From a virus, in the IMG/VR virus record IMGVR_UViG_3300009008_000003: a DNA stretch of 64,000 nt. The stretch is one strand, 5' to 3'. A program made the translations under genes and the position numbers. Positions 29,666-39,779 of this stretch are shown here, one piece after another (position 1 is the first letter of the stretch; each line of letters opens with the position of its first letter). The notes under the pieces were generated by a model that was given only the letters and a program-made list of their open reading frames with translations, did no database searches and was not told the origin of the DNA.

Positions 29666-30626
29666 AATGATTTTTCCAAAAATCTATCATTTCATCTAAT
29701 AAGGTTTCGAACGTATATTCAGGCACCCAATTAAAAGTTTTATTAAATTTTGTTGAATCGCCTTTTAAATATTTAAGTTCTTCCGGTCTAATGTGTTTGG
29801 GGTCTTGTATTACATAGTCCTCATAATTTAATCCTACTTTTGTAAATACGTACTCACAGAGATCTCTAATAGAGAAAGCTTGCCCGGTGGCCACTACAAA
29901 GTCATCTGGAATACTATGTAACATTATTAAATTCATGGCTTTTACATAATCTTTTGCATGTCCCCAATCTCTGCAAGAGTCTAAATTGCCCAATTCTAAT
30001 TTATCTTGTAACCCTTTTCGTATTCTAACTGCTGCCTTCACGATTTTATTTGTAACAAAGTTTGAACCCCTTCTCGGAGATTCGTGATTAAATAGTATAC
30101 CATTGCATGCAAATAGTTTGTACGCATTTCTATAGTGCTTTACTAAACTATAAGAAAAAAGTTTGGCACAGCCATAAGGGCTTGTCGGGCTCATGGGTGT
30201 ATTTTCATTTTGAAATCCGTTTGGATTAATATTGTTACCAAACATTTCTGATGATGATGCTTGGTAAAATTTCGCTCTAGGTGAATGGTTGCGGTAGGCT
30301 TCCAGTATATTTAAAGTACCCAATGCGTCTGTTTTTACCGTAAATTGTGGTATTTCAAAACTTATTCTTACGTGGCTTTGTGCGGCAAGGTTATATATTT
30401 CACTTGGTTGTATGGTCTTTATTAATCGATTTAATGCCGATTCGTCTAAAAGGTCGCAATAGTCCGTGTTAATTTTACCATTTAGATGCGAGATGCGTGT
30501 TTTCTGATGTTCCGGCGTGGAATTTCTCCTAAGTGTTCCATAAACCTCATATCCCTTATCCAATAAAAATTCAGAAAGGTAGCTCCCGTCTTGTCCAGCA
30601 ATACCAGTTATAAATGCTTTTTTCAT
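29649..30626 (-). CDS. gmd: GDP-mannose 4,6-dehydratase
   Basis: ITGIAGQDGSYL, YNLAAQSHV, YQASSSEMFG, SPYGCAK, RDWGHAKDYV. Confidence 0.95.
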   Translation of the reverse strand: MKKAFITGIAGQDGSYLSEFLLDKGYEVYGTLRRNSTPEHQKTRISHLNGKINTDYCDLLDESALNRLIKTIQPSEIYNLAAQSHVRISFEIPQFTVKTDALGTLNILEAYRNHSPRAKFYQASSSEMFGNNINPNGFQNENTPMSPTSPYGCAKLFSYSLVKHYRNAYKLFACNGILFNHESPRRGSNFVTNKIVKAAVRIRKGLQDKLELGNLDSCRDWGHAKDYVKAMNLIMLHSIPDDFVVATGQAFSIRDLCEYVFTKVGLNYEDYVIQDPKHIRPEELKYLKGDSTKFNKTFNWVPEYTFETLLDEMIDFWKNHYETTK

Positions 30627-31582
30627 TTAATTATACCCTCCCCCCTGCTTTTTAAAAAAGCTACCCAAGCCATCTTTATCCCATCTTCCAATGAAATAGA
30701 TGCTTTCCAACCTAGCGATGTTAACCTACTAACGTCTAAATGTTTTCTGGGAGTACCGTCCGGTTTGGAGTCGTCCCAGACAATTTCACCCGTGTGACCG
30801 GCGATGCGCTGGATCAGCTCAGCCAGTTCACGAATGGTGATATCGCTGCCGGTGCCGACATTAAGCGGCAGGCTGTCGGAGTAGTTTTCCATCAGGAAGA
30901 GACAGGCATCTGCCAGATCGTCCACGTGCAGGAATTCCCGGTAGGGAGAACCGCTGCCCCAGAGGGTGACCGGCTGCTGGCCGGCTTCCACGGCCAGGTA
31001 AAACCTGTGCAGCATCGCCGGCAGCACGTGTGAACTTTCAAGGTCGAAGTTGTCGCCGGGACCGTAAAGGTTGGTCGGCATAGCGGCGATGAAGTTTTTA
31101 TTATACTGTTCGCGGTAAGCCTGAACCCCCTGTATACCAGCGATTTTAGCTAAAGCATAACTACGATTAGTTTCTTCTAGCGGGCCTGTCATTAAAGCTT
31201 CTTCTTGTATAGGTTGTTTAGCTAGCCGTGGATAAATACAGGAACTACCTAAAAATAGTAATTTTTTAACATTTGTATCGTGGGCCGCCCGCATAACATT
31301 AATTTGAATCAGTAGGTTTTGTTCCAAAAATTCTACAGGAAATGTAGAATTAGCTAGTATTCCTCCAACTTTAGCGGCCGCTAGAAAAACATATTCTGGC
31401 AGTTCTGTTTCAAATAAATTCCTTACTTGTTTTAAACAGGTAAGGTCATAATCAGTTCTTTTTGGTGTAACTAAATTTTCATATCCGTTCCGTTTTAGGG
31501 CGCGTACTATAGAAGATCCCACCATACCGGAGCAACCTGCTATATAAATTTTACTTTTTTTATCCATATTTAATCGTTCCAA
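30623..31582 (-). CDS. fcl: GDP-L-fucose synthase
   Basis: AGCSGMVGS, AAAKVGGI, LGSSCIYP, YALAKIAG, PTNLYGP.DNF, REFLHVDDLA, DGTPRK. Confidence 0.95.
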   Translation of the reverse strand: MERLNMDKKSKIYIAGCSGMVGSSIVRALKRNGYENLVTPKRTDYDLTCLKQVRNLFETELPEYVFLAAAKVGGILANSTFPVEFLEQNLLIQINVMRAAHDTNVKKLLFLGSSCIYPRLAKQPIQEEALMTGPLEETNRSYALAKIAGIQGVQAYREQYNKNFIAAMPTNLYGPGDNFDLESSHVLPAMLHRFYLAVEAGQQPVTLWGSGSPYREFLHVDDLADACLFLMENYSDSLPLNVGTGSDITIRELAELIQRIAGHTGEIVWDDSKPDGTPRKHLDVSRLTSLGWKASISLEDGIKMAWVAFLKSRGEGIIK

Positions 31583-32163
31583 ACTGTCACACCAATTACG
31601 GGATAATCAGTTTTTACTATTTCTTCTTCTATAATATTGTTAAAATACGGCTTTATAAAGTGTTTAATAGTTTCGATGGTATACCCCCACTTATGTGTAT
31701 TATATTCATTTTTATAAGAGCCATAAATAAGCCTGATAGCCCAATCAGCGGAAGATATAGTTCTTTCGGTATCAATTAATGCCAATGATTTCTCAAGGTC
31801 AGGAAAATTAAAATGAAATTTGCATTTCGGCTTTAGGATGATTTTAAGTTGATTTAAAATGCTTTCAGCTTCTTTTTTAGTAAAATGCTCGAAAGACGAT
31901 AGCATTAAAGCGTAATCCGCGCTATTTTCTTGGTAATGTTCTGAAAGATTTCTTACATCAACAAATTTATCTGCTATGCATTTTTTTATTGGGTTTTGTC
32001 CCAATGGGTATTGGTAATATTTTTCTACAGTGGTTTGGTTAATATTTTTTATATCGGGGCGCTCTTCTGCTAGGAACGAATAGCCCGGTATATTTAAATC
32101 AAGATTATGGTAATTTTTAAGATAAACTTCTCCACAGCACAGATGCAGTTTTATAAGTTCCAT
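31570..32163 (-). CDS. Methyltransferase-like protein
   Basis: LHLCCG, FEHF, LKP...F.FPDL. Confidence 0.65.
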   Translation of the reverse strand: MELIKLHLCCGEVYLKNYHNLDLNIPGYSFLAEERPDIKNINQTTVEKYYQYPLGQNPIKKCIADKFVDVRNLSEHYQENSADYALMLSSFEHFTKKEAESILNQLKIILKPKCKFHFNFPDLEKSLALIDTERTISSADWAIRLIYGSYKNEYNTHKWGYTIETIKHFIKPYFNNIIEEEIVKTDYPVIGVTVWND

Positions 32164-32174
32164 ACAACCTCTTT

Positions 32175-32912
32175 CTAGGGGATTAAATTTTCTTTTCTCA
32201 TATCGTTTTTTATGGACTCATCCAGATAACCATGTGCTTTGGTAGGAATCCAATGAAACCCACAATACTTATAGCTATAAGAGTGGGGGTTTGCATTACG
32301 ACCTCCTATCCCGTTTCCGGATTTAATAGCATGATTTCTTTTTGTTCCTAATATTTTGAATCCATCGTTTCTTGAGGTCTCGGTGCCCTCATGTTCGAAT
32401 TTCCAAGGATTTCGTCCTTTCATATATTTCATCATATATTCTCTATTCCATATAGAACCCTGCAAAGAAATACGATGTAAACAGCTCGGCCCAAGCTCTA
32501 TTATATCAAAATCCTTATACTCTTCAACGATTGTATGACCATCAGTATTTTCTGCATCTATTCCCAACACTATTCTACCAATTTTGTTATCAGTTTGTAT
32601 CTTACTTTTCAAGACATTAAGTATATGGTTATTTGTTGGGGGGTATACCCATAGGTCTTCCATAAACATAATAAAATGTTCATCATCTATCGAATCAAGG
32701 TAATTATATAGATCGTTTCCCCAATTTTGTACACCTGTTTGTTTGCCGAGTGATACAAACTTAAAGTTATCTGGTAAGTAGAAATTTGGCGAACTAAAGC
32801 CTAATATGGTTACTTCGGGAATTGGGGTTTCCGGCCAAAATCTATTGAATAGGTAGTAAAATGGTTTTATCGCGTCTATATGATTATCTGAGGTAGTTAC
32901 GTATATTTTCAT
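32175..32912 (-). CDS. Putative glycosyltransferase (paralog A)
   Basis: YVTTSD, ILGF, F.SLGK...W, FMED; similar to the next ORF. Confidence 0.55.
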   Translation of the reverse strand: MKIYVTTSDNHIDAIKPFYYLFNRFWPETPIPEVTILGFSSPNFYLPDNFKFVSLGKQTGVQNWGNDLYNYLDSIDDEHFIMFMEDLWVYPPTNNHILNVLKSKIQTDNKIGRIVLGIDAENTDGHTIVEEYKDFDIIELGPSCLHRISLQGSIWNREYMMKYMKGRNPWKFEHEGTETSRNDGFKILGTKRNHAIKSGNGIGGRNANPHSYSYKYCGFHWIPTKAHGYLDESIKNDMRKENLIP

Positions 32913-33646
32913 AATTTTTTTCCTATAAACCTGTTACCTGGAATCCAGCCTTTTTCTGGGAATAAATTTCTAACTTCTATTGCAGCTTTATGAACGTGTT
33001 TATCTATGGCCTTTCCTGCAGTAGTGGCATCTGCCATAGGTATAATTTCTTCAGTTTTATGGAAAAATATTTTCCATTTTTTCTGCTTACTGGCGGCTAG
33101 TGTTCCAGATTGTTCTTGTTCTAGATAATCCCAACCGTCCTTTATTATATCGAAATAAAAATCCTTTTTCCATAAAGAGGGTTGGTTAGATCCTGGTATC
33201 AGACAAGTTCCGTGATTACAGCTTTTATTCCATAGCCAAAAATCGTTGACACCTTCCAAGCCCTTTTTGTCTATATTAAAACCCAACCACACTTTTCCAG
33301 TATCAGGCTTATTTATTAAATCTAAAGCTTCGTTTAAGAGGTCTTTTTTAACATCTTTTGTTATAAAATGTTTTACTAAAAGCATCAATATAATATCATC
33401 GTCTATGCGGCTTAGTGCTTTTTTTACAGAGGTTGAATAATTGTACCGCGTTGACTTTTTATCGGCGGAAATATAATTGATATTTGTATCTAAAAATTTT
33501 GGGGTATCCCCGTAGCCAAGTATATTAAGAGGCCCATGACCTGGCCAATATTTTTTTAGTAATATTAAAAATGATGGTATTAATTCATTATAACCATCGG
33601 AACTAATAGCCAATATCTGCATGTATACCCAATACTTTCTTTGCAA
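32909..33646 (-). CDS. Putative glycosyltransferase (paralog B)
   Basis: ISSD.Y, KKYWP, ILGY, QPSLWKKD parallels paralog A. Confidence 0.55.
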   Translation of the reverse strand: MQRKYWVYMQILAISSDGYNELIPSFLILLKKYWPGHGPLNILGYGDTPKFLDTNINYISADKKSTRYNYSTSVKKALSRIDDDIILMLLVKHFITKDVKKDLLNEALDLINKPDTGKVWLGFNIDKKGLEGVNDFWLWNKSCNHGTCLIPGSNQPSLWKKDFYFDIIKDGWDYLEQEQSGTLAASKQKKWKIFFHKTEEIIPMADATTAGKAIDKHVHKAAIEVRNLFPEKGWIPGNRFIGKKL

Positions 33647-34466
33647 AATGATTCCAACTAAATTTTTGTACAGTTTTTAAACCTTGTGCTGCTATGGCTT
33701 TTCTTTTATCTTCGTGCTCAAGGTAATAATCTATTTTGTTTTTTAAATCTTTTGAGCTGTTAAAAATAACTAGATCTTTGCCATCCTCGAAAGCTGTTTC
33801 TCGTAAAGGCCAATCATTGGTCATTACGAAGCCACTGGAGGCCATTAGCTTATAAATCCTTGTTGATGTGCCCTCGTGTTTAACAATAAAGTTAAGATTT
33901 ATTTTACTACGACTAACAGTTTTAGCATGTTCTGTGCCGTACGTTCCTGTTATGTTTGTAAATCCAATATCTTTATGCCACTGTTGTCTGTCTCCGTACA
34001 GAGCACCTATAAAGGACACATCTATGTCTTGTGCTAAATCATATGGCTTATCTATGAGAGGATCAAATCCTTGATCTAGATAAAATGAATTCTTATTCAC
34101 TGTTAATGATTTTTCGTAAGGAACGGTTAACCCATGACAAGCAAAAGTGGCATAACGAACCTTTAGTTCAAGATCGCTATCCCAATTATGCATAGGATCC
34201 ATATACCATATACATGTTTTTGAGATCTTATTACATTCTATTACTACCCGTGCAGATACTGTGTTACATTTACAAAAAAGAACGAGGTCCGGTTTTTCTT
34301 TTTTAGTTAATTCTATTATTTCTTCATCCCGTTTACCTGCTCCTACTTTGCCTGCACGCTCCCTATAACTATAACGTATTGTTTCACAATCTGCGTTATC
34401 AAACCCGTTTGCAATGGGGACACTGGTGGAGAATTCTGTAAATACCCCTATAACTAGTACTTTCAT
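33603..34466 (-). CDS. Glycosyltransferase, CgeB/GT1-like
   Basis: DVSFIG, SKINLNF, RIYKLMASSGF..T, FEDGKDLVIF...IA..G. Confidence 0.8.
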   Translation of the reverse strand: MKVLVIGVFTEFSTSVPIANGFDNADCETIRYSYRERAGKVGAGKRDEEIIELTKKEKPDLVLFCKCNTVSARVVIECNKISKTCIWYMDPMHNWDSDLELKVRYATFACHGLTVPYEKSLTVNKNSFYLDQGFDPLIDKPYDLAQDIDVSFIGALYGDRQQWHKDIGFTNITGTYGTEHAKTVSRSKINLNFIVKHEGTSTRIYKLMASSGFVMTNDWPLRETAFEDGKDLVIFNSSKDLKNKIDYYLEHEDKRKAIAAQGLKTVQKFSWNHFAKKVLGIHADIGY

Positions 34467-35278
34467 TTTAATTCTTTCATAACCATATCAAGTGATATTT
34501 CATTTAGATTTTCTGCTGCAAATATAGTAGCATTCTCTGCATATATGCTTATATCATTTTTTTCCCAGCGGTTGAAACCCTCGCCCCCAACCAACGCAAT
34601 TTGCGGTACACCCTGTGCTGCTGCGATGTGCATAGGTCCAGTATCGTTACTTATGAATAGATCGCACTGTGCAATAGCAGATACCAATTCTTCCGGTTTT
34701 AGCAGATTCCAAAAATCATAGTATACGTTTAGTACGTGTTGGTCATATATTGAACCAAAACCAGCTGTTAGTTTGTTTTGTAACTTTAGTTTTGTGGCTA
34801 GTGCTTGGTAATTTTTCCATTTTTTACCTTCCCACAAAGGGCCGGGGTTGCACCCAGCGTGTATACCTACTACGCCACGATTTTCAAACCAAGGTCCAGC
34901 CCCATAGATCGGGGCAATGAAAGGATGTTTGTGCTTATTAAGCTCTTCTTCCTCTATACCTATATTTTTTGCTAGATACAAATTTGATAACAACTCGTGA
35001 GAATGCATTCTTCTGTCGTATAGGTTACCAAATTTTATATCTGTTATCCATACATTTTCTCCCCACCAGGTGTTAAAGATGTAGTCATAGCTATCTTCTA
35101 GTTCGCCATTTATTTTATTTACATAATCTGGGTGATTGAATACGTTATCCCATCCAGGAAAATTGCATTTGAAATAAAAGTGTGTATCGTGTCCAGCGGC
35201 TTTTAGCGCTCGTACTAATGGAGTTGCCATTATTATATTACCAACCCCCTGGCCGGCAACTATTAAACTATTCGGCAT
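34463..35278 (-). CDS. Glycosyltransferase family 9 (heptosyltransferase-like)
   Basis: QGVGNIIMATP, GIHAG...KKW, CDLFISNDTGPMHIAAA.GVP.IAL.G. Confidence 0.9.
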   Translation of the reverse strand: MPNSLIVAGQGVGNIIMATPLVRALKAAGHDTHFYFKCNFPGWDNVFNHPDYVNKINGELEDSYDYIFNTWWGENVWITDIKFGNLYDRRMHSHELLSNLYLAKNIGIEEEELNKHKHPFIAPIYGAGPWFENRGVVGIHAGCNPGPLWEGKKWKNYQALATKLKLQNKLTAGFGSIYDQHVLNVYYDFWNLLKPEELVSAIAQCDLFISNDTGPMHIAAAQGVPQIALVGGEGFNRWEKNDISIYAENATIFAAENLNEISLDMVMKELK

Positions 35279-35954
35279 TGAATATCCCCATTGCGTTTGA
35301 GTTTTCTCCTATAAAATCTTTTGCACGATCATGATAGTTCTGTCTTGCCCATACTCCTTCTTCGCCTATATGGTCTACGATTGAGGGTAAAGTGCAGATT
35401 AAGGGATCACCATACTTTTTTACGTCTGTTGTAAGTGACCAATCCCATTCGCGAGCATTGCGCAAACCCCCGACGCTTTTATAAAAATCTGTTCCTATTA
35501 ACAGATTAGCCCCGCCGATGGATGCCTTTACTCCCACATAGTTGCACTCTTCCAATACATCGTGCTGATTAGTGCGAGTATCAAAGCCTGTTATTACTGG
35601 GTATCCATGCATATTAAATATTTTATCTAATGCTTGTGCCCAGTTTTTTGAGTACAACATATCAGAATCTGATATTAAAAAGTACGGGCATTCTTCTAAT
35701 ATCTTACCTTTTCTTAGTATCATATTGATACGCATAACCTTACAAAATGGGATACCGATATGTTTTTCTTCTAGCAGTGTCCAGCTGTATCGCTTGCACA
35801 AGGATCTTACTTTGGTTAATAGAAGTTCTTCTGATCCATCATCTATAATTATTACTTCTACATCATCCGGTAATGCAGACTTTGCTAAGCTTTGTAAGCT
35901 TCTTAATGTTATTTCATCTCTATTATAAGTGGTTACATATAAGGGTTTTTTCAT
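35268..35954 (-). CDS. Glycosyltransferase family 2
   Basis: TYNR, IIIDDGS, ISDSDM, VDHIG. Confidence 0.85.
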   Translation of the reverse strand: MKKPLYVTTYNRDEITLRSLQSLAKSALPDDVEVIIIDDGSEELLLTKVRSLCKRYSWTLLEEKHIGIPFCKVMRINMILRKGKILEECPYFLISDSDMLYSKNWAQALDKIFNMHGYPVITGFDTRTNQHDVLEECNYVGVKASIGGANLLIGTDFYKSVGGLRNAREWDWSLTTDVKKYGDPLICTLPSIVDHIGEEGVWARQNYHDRAKDFIGENSNAMGIFNAE

Positions 35955-36655
35955 AGTGAAAATCTTTCTCGTTCGTCTTCTAATGGCACCGAGGGTTTAG
36001 TGATCATGCGATTACCTAAATTTCTTCCGTGGATAATTTGAATCCAACCTTTTTGGTCAACGTATTTAATAGGTGCTCCAAATTCTTCGTCTATCTTTCC
36101 GTGTTCTGTAAATCCAGCAGTTTTAGGCAAGCCATCTACTTTTTCTATCATATTAACAAAAGATCCCCAGGCATAGTCATCATAGTCTGCTAACATGTTT
36201 TTTCCTTCCCAAAGAGTATACCCTTTAGGAAACCTCACTAATAGCGGGCTTTCCGGATAGAAGGATCTTACCGTTTCCATGTAATCTTTGCAGATTACGT
36301 CGTCGTTGTCTAAACGTGAGCTTATGAGATATTCTTTACCGTCTAAATGACTGGTTACTCTTTCTATCCAGGGAGTATCATCTTCCCCATGATATCTATT
36401 AACATAAATTATGTCAGGAAATAAGGATTTGTACTCATGAAATTTATCCATCCAGCCAATAGGGGTTTCGGCGTCTATTAATATGAACCATTTAAAGTCT
36501 TTTACTGTTTGCCCCAATACGGAGGGCAGGCAATACTTTTCAAAAATGCGTGCACGATGCGCCATCCAGGAATTTTTGCCGCCAGCGTATATGTGCGTAT
36601 TGTTAGGTCTGTGCGGTATGTTAAATCTGGTTATCAGTATTTGTTCAAAACTCAT
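35951..36655 (-). CDS. Putative rhamnosyl/glycosyltransferase
   Basis: ILITRFN, FEKYCLPSV.GQT..DFKW, SRLDNDD. Confidence 0.75.
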   Translation of the reverse strand: MSFEQILITRFNIPHRPNNTHIYAGGKNSWMAHRARIFEKYCLPSVLGQTVKDFKWFILIDAETPIGWMDKFHEYKSLFPDIIYVNRYHGEDDTPWIERVTSHLDGKEYLISSRLDNDDVICKDYMETVRSFYPESPLLVRFPKGYTLWEGKNMLADYDDYAWGSFVNMIEKVDGLPKTAGFTEHGKIDEEFGAPIKYVDQKGWIQIIHGRNLGNRMITKPSVPLEDERERFSL

Positions 36656-36704
36656 TCTTTTCTTTCCAAAATTGTCAATCCATTATTATGTTTGAATTCT
36701 TCCT

Positions 36705-36887
36705 TCACAAACCAGTGTTCATTTTTTTAGGAGATCCAGCTAAAAGCGCCCAAGTTGAATTAAGATCTCTTACCCCCATCTCTGTAATATGGTCACATTC
36801 TTTCGAATATTTAAATATAATTGGGAGTAGTTGATTTATATCTGTTGTTTTTGCGCAGGCTTTTTCATAGTTGCTATGTATTGTCAC
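36705..36887 (-). pseudogene. Truncated N-terminus of a methyltransferase
   Basis: DINQLLP...ECDHITEMGVR..NSTWALL resembles a viral SAM-methyltransferase N-terminus; stops after 60 aa. Confidence 0.5.
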
Positions 36888-37111
36888 TCTCGCTCCTTTT
36901 TTTCCTTTATATACTGTGCCATTTTATATATGTCTTGTGGTGTAACCATTTTTTCATTTATGTCTTTGAAATGTGGTGGAGCATTTTTATGCATCTTGAG
37001 ATACTTTGCCACAAATTCTGCAGAAGTTGCTGCGCGCTTAAGAGAGTATATATGTAATACAAACACACACAACGCCGCTATCAGTATGACACCAATTACT
37101 ATTTCAATCAT
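36884..37111 (-). CDS. Small membrane protein
   Basis: N-terminal hydrophobic helix. Confidence 0.5.
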   Translation of the reverse strand: MIEIVIGVILIAALCVFVLHIYSLKRAATSAEFVAKYLKMHKNAPPHFKDINEKMVTPQDIYKMAQYIKEKKERE

Positions 37112-37923
37112 CTAATTTTCTCTATAAATTTTTCTAACATATCTTCAGTATAATCATCAAACAACCCGTGAATAGTGTTATCATAATTTTTGCCAAACGA
37201 CCACTGATCAATAAATTCAGGATCGCTAAATCCGTGCTTTTTATCCCAAGCTTTATTATATAGTAAAATTTGTGGTATCTTTAGGTACCATGCTAAAATA
37301 TTAATTGCGCTGTGGCAACATACACAGCCTTGGGCAGTTTGTAATACCTGTGCTGTTTCTGGCACCGTAAGTTTATCCACTAAGTTTATTATTTTTTTAT
37401 TTTTTGGAAATTCATGCTCTGTTCTATTACTTTGATGACTATCGACAGATACATAATTTTTACCTACTGGGACTACGTAATAATTTAATTCTATTAGTTT
37501 GCTGACAATTTTTTCTACAAGTGGTTCCGGTATGTTTTTGGCTGGGTCGCTTCCTGTTGTGCTCAACACTATGTACTTTAAATCTCTTAATTTATTAGGG
37601 TAATAGTAATTAGTAGGCTTGTACCAGTTTACAGCTTTATTAGGCAACCCAGGCAAAGGTGGTAAATGCATTGGTATAATACCATCCTGCGACATCTTTT
37701 GTATATCTTCTACTTTTTGAAAACCGTGATTCACCACTTTTAGTTGGTTCTTTTTGGGGTGGTGATCAAATATTTCGGTTACGGAGGGGTTGTGACAAAA
37801 TAATATTATATGTACTAAAAAGTCGGGAGGTATGTAATCAAGGGCAGCATATTGGCCGCCCTTGTACATGTTATTGAACATATCTCCCAGTCCGCCGCCC
37901 CATTGTATTTTGAACTCTTTCAT
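37108..37923 (-). CDS. GT9-like glycosyltransferase
   Basis: GGGLGD start; NLVDKLT..ETAQVL..A...VC.HSA. Confidence 0.65.
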   Translation of the reverse strand: MKEFKIQWGGGLGDMFNNMYKGGQYAALDYIPPDFLVHIILFCHNPSVTEIFDHHPKKNQLKVVNHGFQKVEDIQKMSQDGIIPMHLPPLPGLPNKAVNWYKPTNYYYPNKLRDLKYIVLSTTGSDPAKNIPEPLVEKIVSKLIELNYYVVPVGKNYVSVDSHQSNRTEHEFPKNKKIINLVDKLTVPETAQVLQTAQGCVCCHSAINILAWYLKIPQILLYNKAWDKKHGFSDPEFIDQWSFGKNYDNTIHGLFDDYTEDMLEKFIEKIR

Positions 37924-37932
37924 AAACTAAGT

Positions 37933-38142
37933 TTAATCATCTTTCCCGTTTTTGTCAATTATTTCGACCGACTCCAAGTTAAATTCCGCCTTACCCATCC
38001 ATATAGTTCTTGGGGCGGTATCTTGTACCTCTCTTAATCCCCCATACTGTTCGTAAGCGTAGGTTGGCATCCATGTCGAAAAGTCTTTTTCGTCGTACTC
38101 TTGGTTTTTATTTTTATATGTTACCTTGATTCGGTGTTTCAT
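37933..38142 (-). CDS. Hypothetical protein
   Basis: Intact short ORF. Confidence 0.45.
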   Translation of the reverse strand: MKHRIKVTYKNKNQEYDEKDFSTWMPTYAYEQYGGLREVQDTAPRTIWMGKAEFNLESVEIIDKNGKDD

Positions 38143-38761
38143 CGTATTGCCTCGTCAGTTTTTGTACCTCTATAGGTAGAGCTTCGTACATTGCTCTAGC
38201 CAGTAAATAGTGGGGAGTAAATATAGTAGGCACCAGTCTAAGATCAAGGTAAGCTTGTAAACTGGTAAAGTTGAAAGTGTATAACCCCGAAGCGAGCCAG
38301 CTTTCCGGTAACGCATGCTTTATCTCCTCAGTTTTTTGTTTTTTATTTAACCCGTGATCATTTATTATTCTAAATACTATATTGGTAAAGGCTCTGGCGA
38401 TCATTTTTTTATATACACATTCATACATGTTTTCGAGTACGAATTCATGCAATTCAAACCAAGGTTTACCCTCAAAAGCAAAAAACCCGACACGATGCCG
38501 GGTTGTACGAATAGCAGGAGAAACCCCTATTCGGTGTCTAGATATTTCCTGTAGTACGTTTCGGGGGAATTGGTTAATACGATATGTAATAACCAACTGT
38601 TCCCCGATACTTGTGTGGTTTTTGTGCTTGATTATTTTTTCTATATATTCATAATCGACTTCACCAACCTCCGCGCTGAGAAGATTTTCTGTTCCCATCG
38701 TAGTACGTGCCGCTTCTTCTACTAATTCTATTCCATCACATCTGCGGAGTATAACTTCCAT
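38114..38761 (-). CDS. thyX: Flavin-dependent thymidylate synthase
   Basis: H.SI.E, R.VLQEISRHR...R.TR, ALP, N..SL..YLDLR. Confidence 0.85.
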   Translation of the reverse strand: MEVILRRCDGIELVEEAARTTMGTENLLSAEVGEVDYEYIEKIIKHKNHTSIGEQLVITYRINQFPRNVLQEISRHRIGVSPAIRTTRHRVGFFAFEGKPWFELHEFVLENMYECVYKKMIARAFTNIVFRIINDHGLNKKQKTEEIKHALPESWLASGLYTFNFTSLQAYLDLRLVPTIFTPHYLLARAMYEALPIEVQKLTRQYDETPNQGNI

Positions 38762-38985
38762 TAATAACTCCCAGGCATGTGCAGGTTTTTAGGCTGTGGC
38801 CGTTTTACATTACGACCTATATTATTTTTAACTTTTTCTGCAGCCTGCCTGAAATCTTTAAAAGCCAAGGGCTCTTGGCCTGTTTGTCTTTCATTGTGCG
38901 CTCTACATTTGTTTATTAAAATGTCAGCCTTTTTTACTAATTCTTCCGCGTCCCTCTTGACATTTATTACTTTTTGTAATTCCAT
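38761..38985 (-). CDS. Hypothetical protein
   Basis: Coupled to the thyX start. Confidence 0.45.
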   Translation of the reverse strand: MELQKVINVKRDAEELVKKADILINKCRAHNERQTGQEPLAFKDFRQAAEKVKNNIGRNVKRPQPKNLHMPGSY

Positions 38986-38996
38986 AACATCCCTTA

Positions 38997-39251
38997 TTAA
39001 TCACCAAATATTACGGGCTTTTGACTACCGTCAGGCAAAGTAATGGTTTTAGCATTGCTTATTTTTTCTACCTGCTCTAAAAAGTCATCGAACGCCTTTT
39101 TCATGCGTTCGCCTACTTCTTCTTTCTTATCCTCTTCCCACCCAAACCCTTCCGCCAAAAGATCCAGCAAGATGCCAACTTGTATTTGTAACATGCGTAT
39201 ATCAATCCCCATGTTACTCAACATCTCCATCATTTGTTCATTATTTAACAT
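38997..39251 (-). CDS. Hypothetical protein
   Basis: Intact ORF downstream of a putative promoter. Confidence 0.5.
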   Translation of the reverse strand: MLNNEQMMEMLSNMGIDIRMLQIQVGILLDLLAEGFGWEEDKKEEVGERMKKAFDDFLEQVEKISNAKTITLPDGSQKPVIFGD

Positions 39252-39293
39252 TACTAATTTTTCCTATCTATATTTTATTTAATTTACTATTTA

Positions 39294-39321
39294 ATTATCG
39301 TACATTTTTCTTAATCGTCAA
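39294..39321 (-). promoter_or_regulatory. Putative sigma70 promoter
   Basis: TTGACG-16 nt-GATAAT on the - strand. Confidence 0.45.
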
Positions 39322-39337
39322 TAGCCTTAACTAAAAA

Positions 39338-39409
39338 ACGAAAGGGTGGGAATTGAACCCACGATCTGGTGCTTTGCAGGCACCCGCCTTACCGCTTGGC
39401 TACCTTTCG
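39338..39409 (-). tRNA. tRNA-Cys(GCA)
   Basis: Cloverleaf CGAAAGG/CCUUUCG, GGUGC-CU GCA AA-GCACC, U73. Confidence 0.9.
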
Positions 39410-39417
39410 GTGTTTAA

Positions 39418-39491
39418 GGTCCCATGAGGAAGTCGAATCCTCGTAACTGCAGCCACAGTGCAGCGCTCTTAACCACCTGAGCTAATGGGAC
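39418..39491 (-). tRNA. tRNA-His(GUG)
   Basis: CUGCA-CU GUG GC-UGCAG; C73. Confidence 0.9.
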
Positions 39492-39492
39492 A

Positions 39493-39566
39493 AACCCGAT
39501 ACTGGACTCGAACCAGTGACTCCATGCGCGTAAAGCATGTGCGCTAACCAACTGTGCTAATCGGGC
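39493..39566 (-). tRNA. tRNA-Val(UAC)
   Basis: CAUGC-UU UAC GC-GCAUG; intact D and T arms. Confidence 0.88.
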
Positions 39567-39779
39567 AGTTTGTATTTATCTTTTATCTCTGTCTTTATAT
39601 ATTTGCACTGGTATTTACGAAACTTTTTCCAGCAACGCGTGTTCCAGCGCACACGCTTATTCCAACGTTTTTCCCATATCAGATCCTGTAGCTCAAACCG
39701 GTGTTTTGGTCTATACTCTAATTCCCTTATCCGTTCTTTTAGTCCAGAAAAAGGTCTGCGCTTCATAACGTATAGTTCC

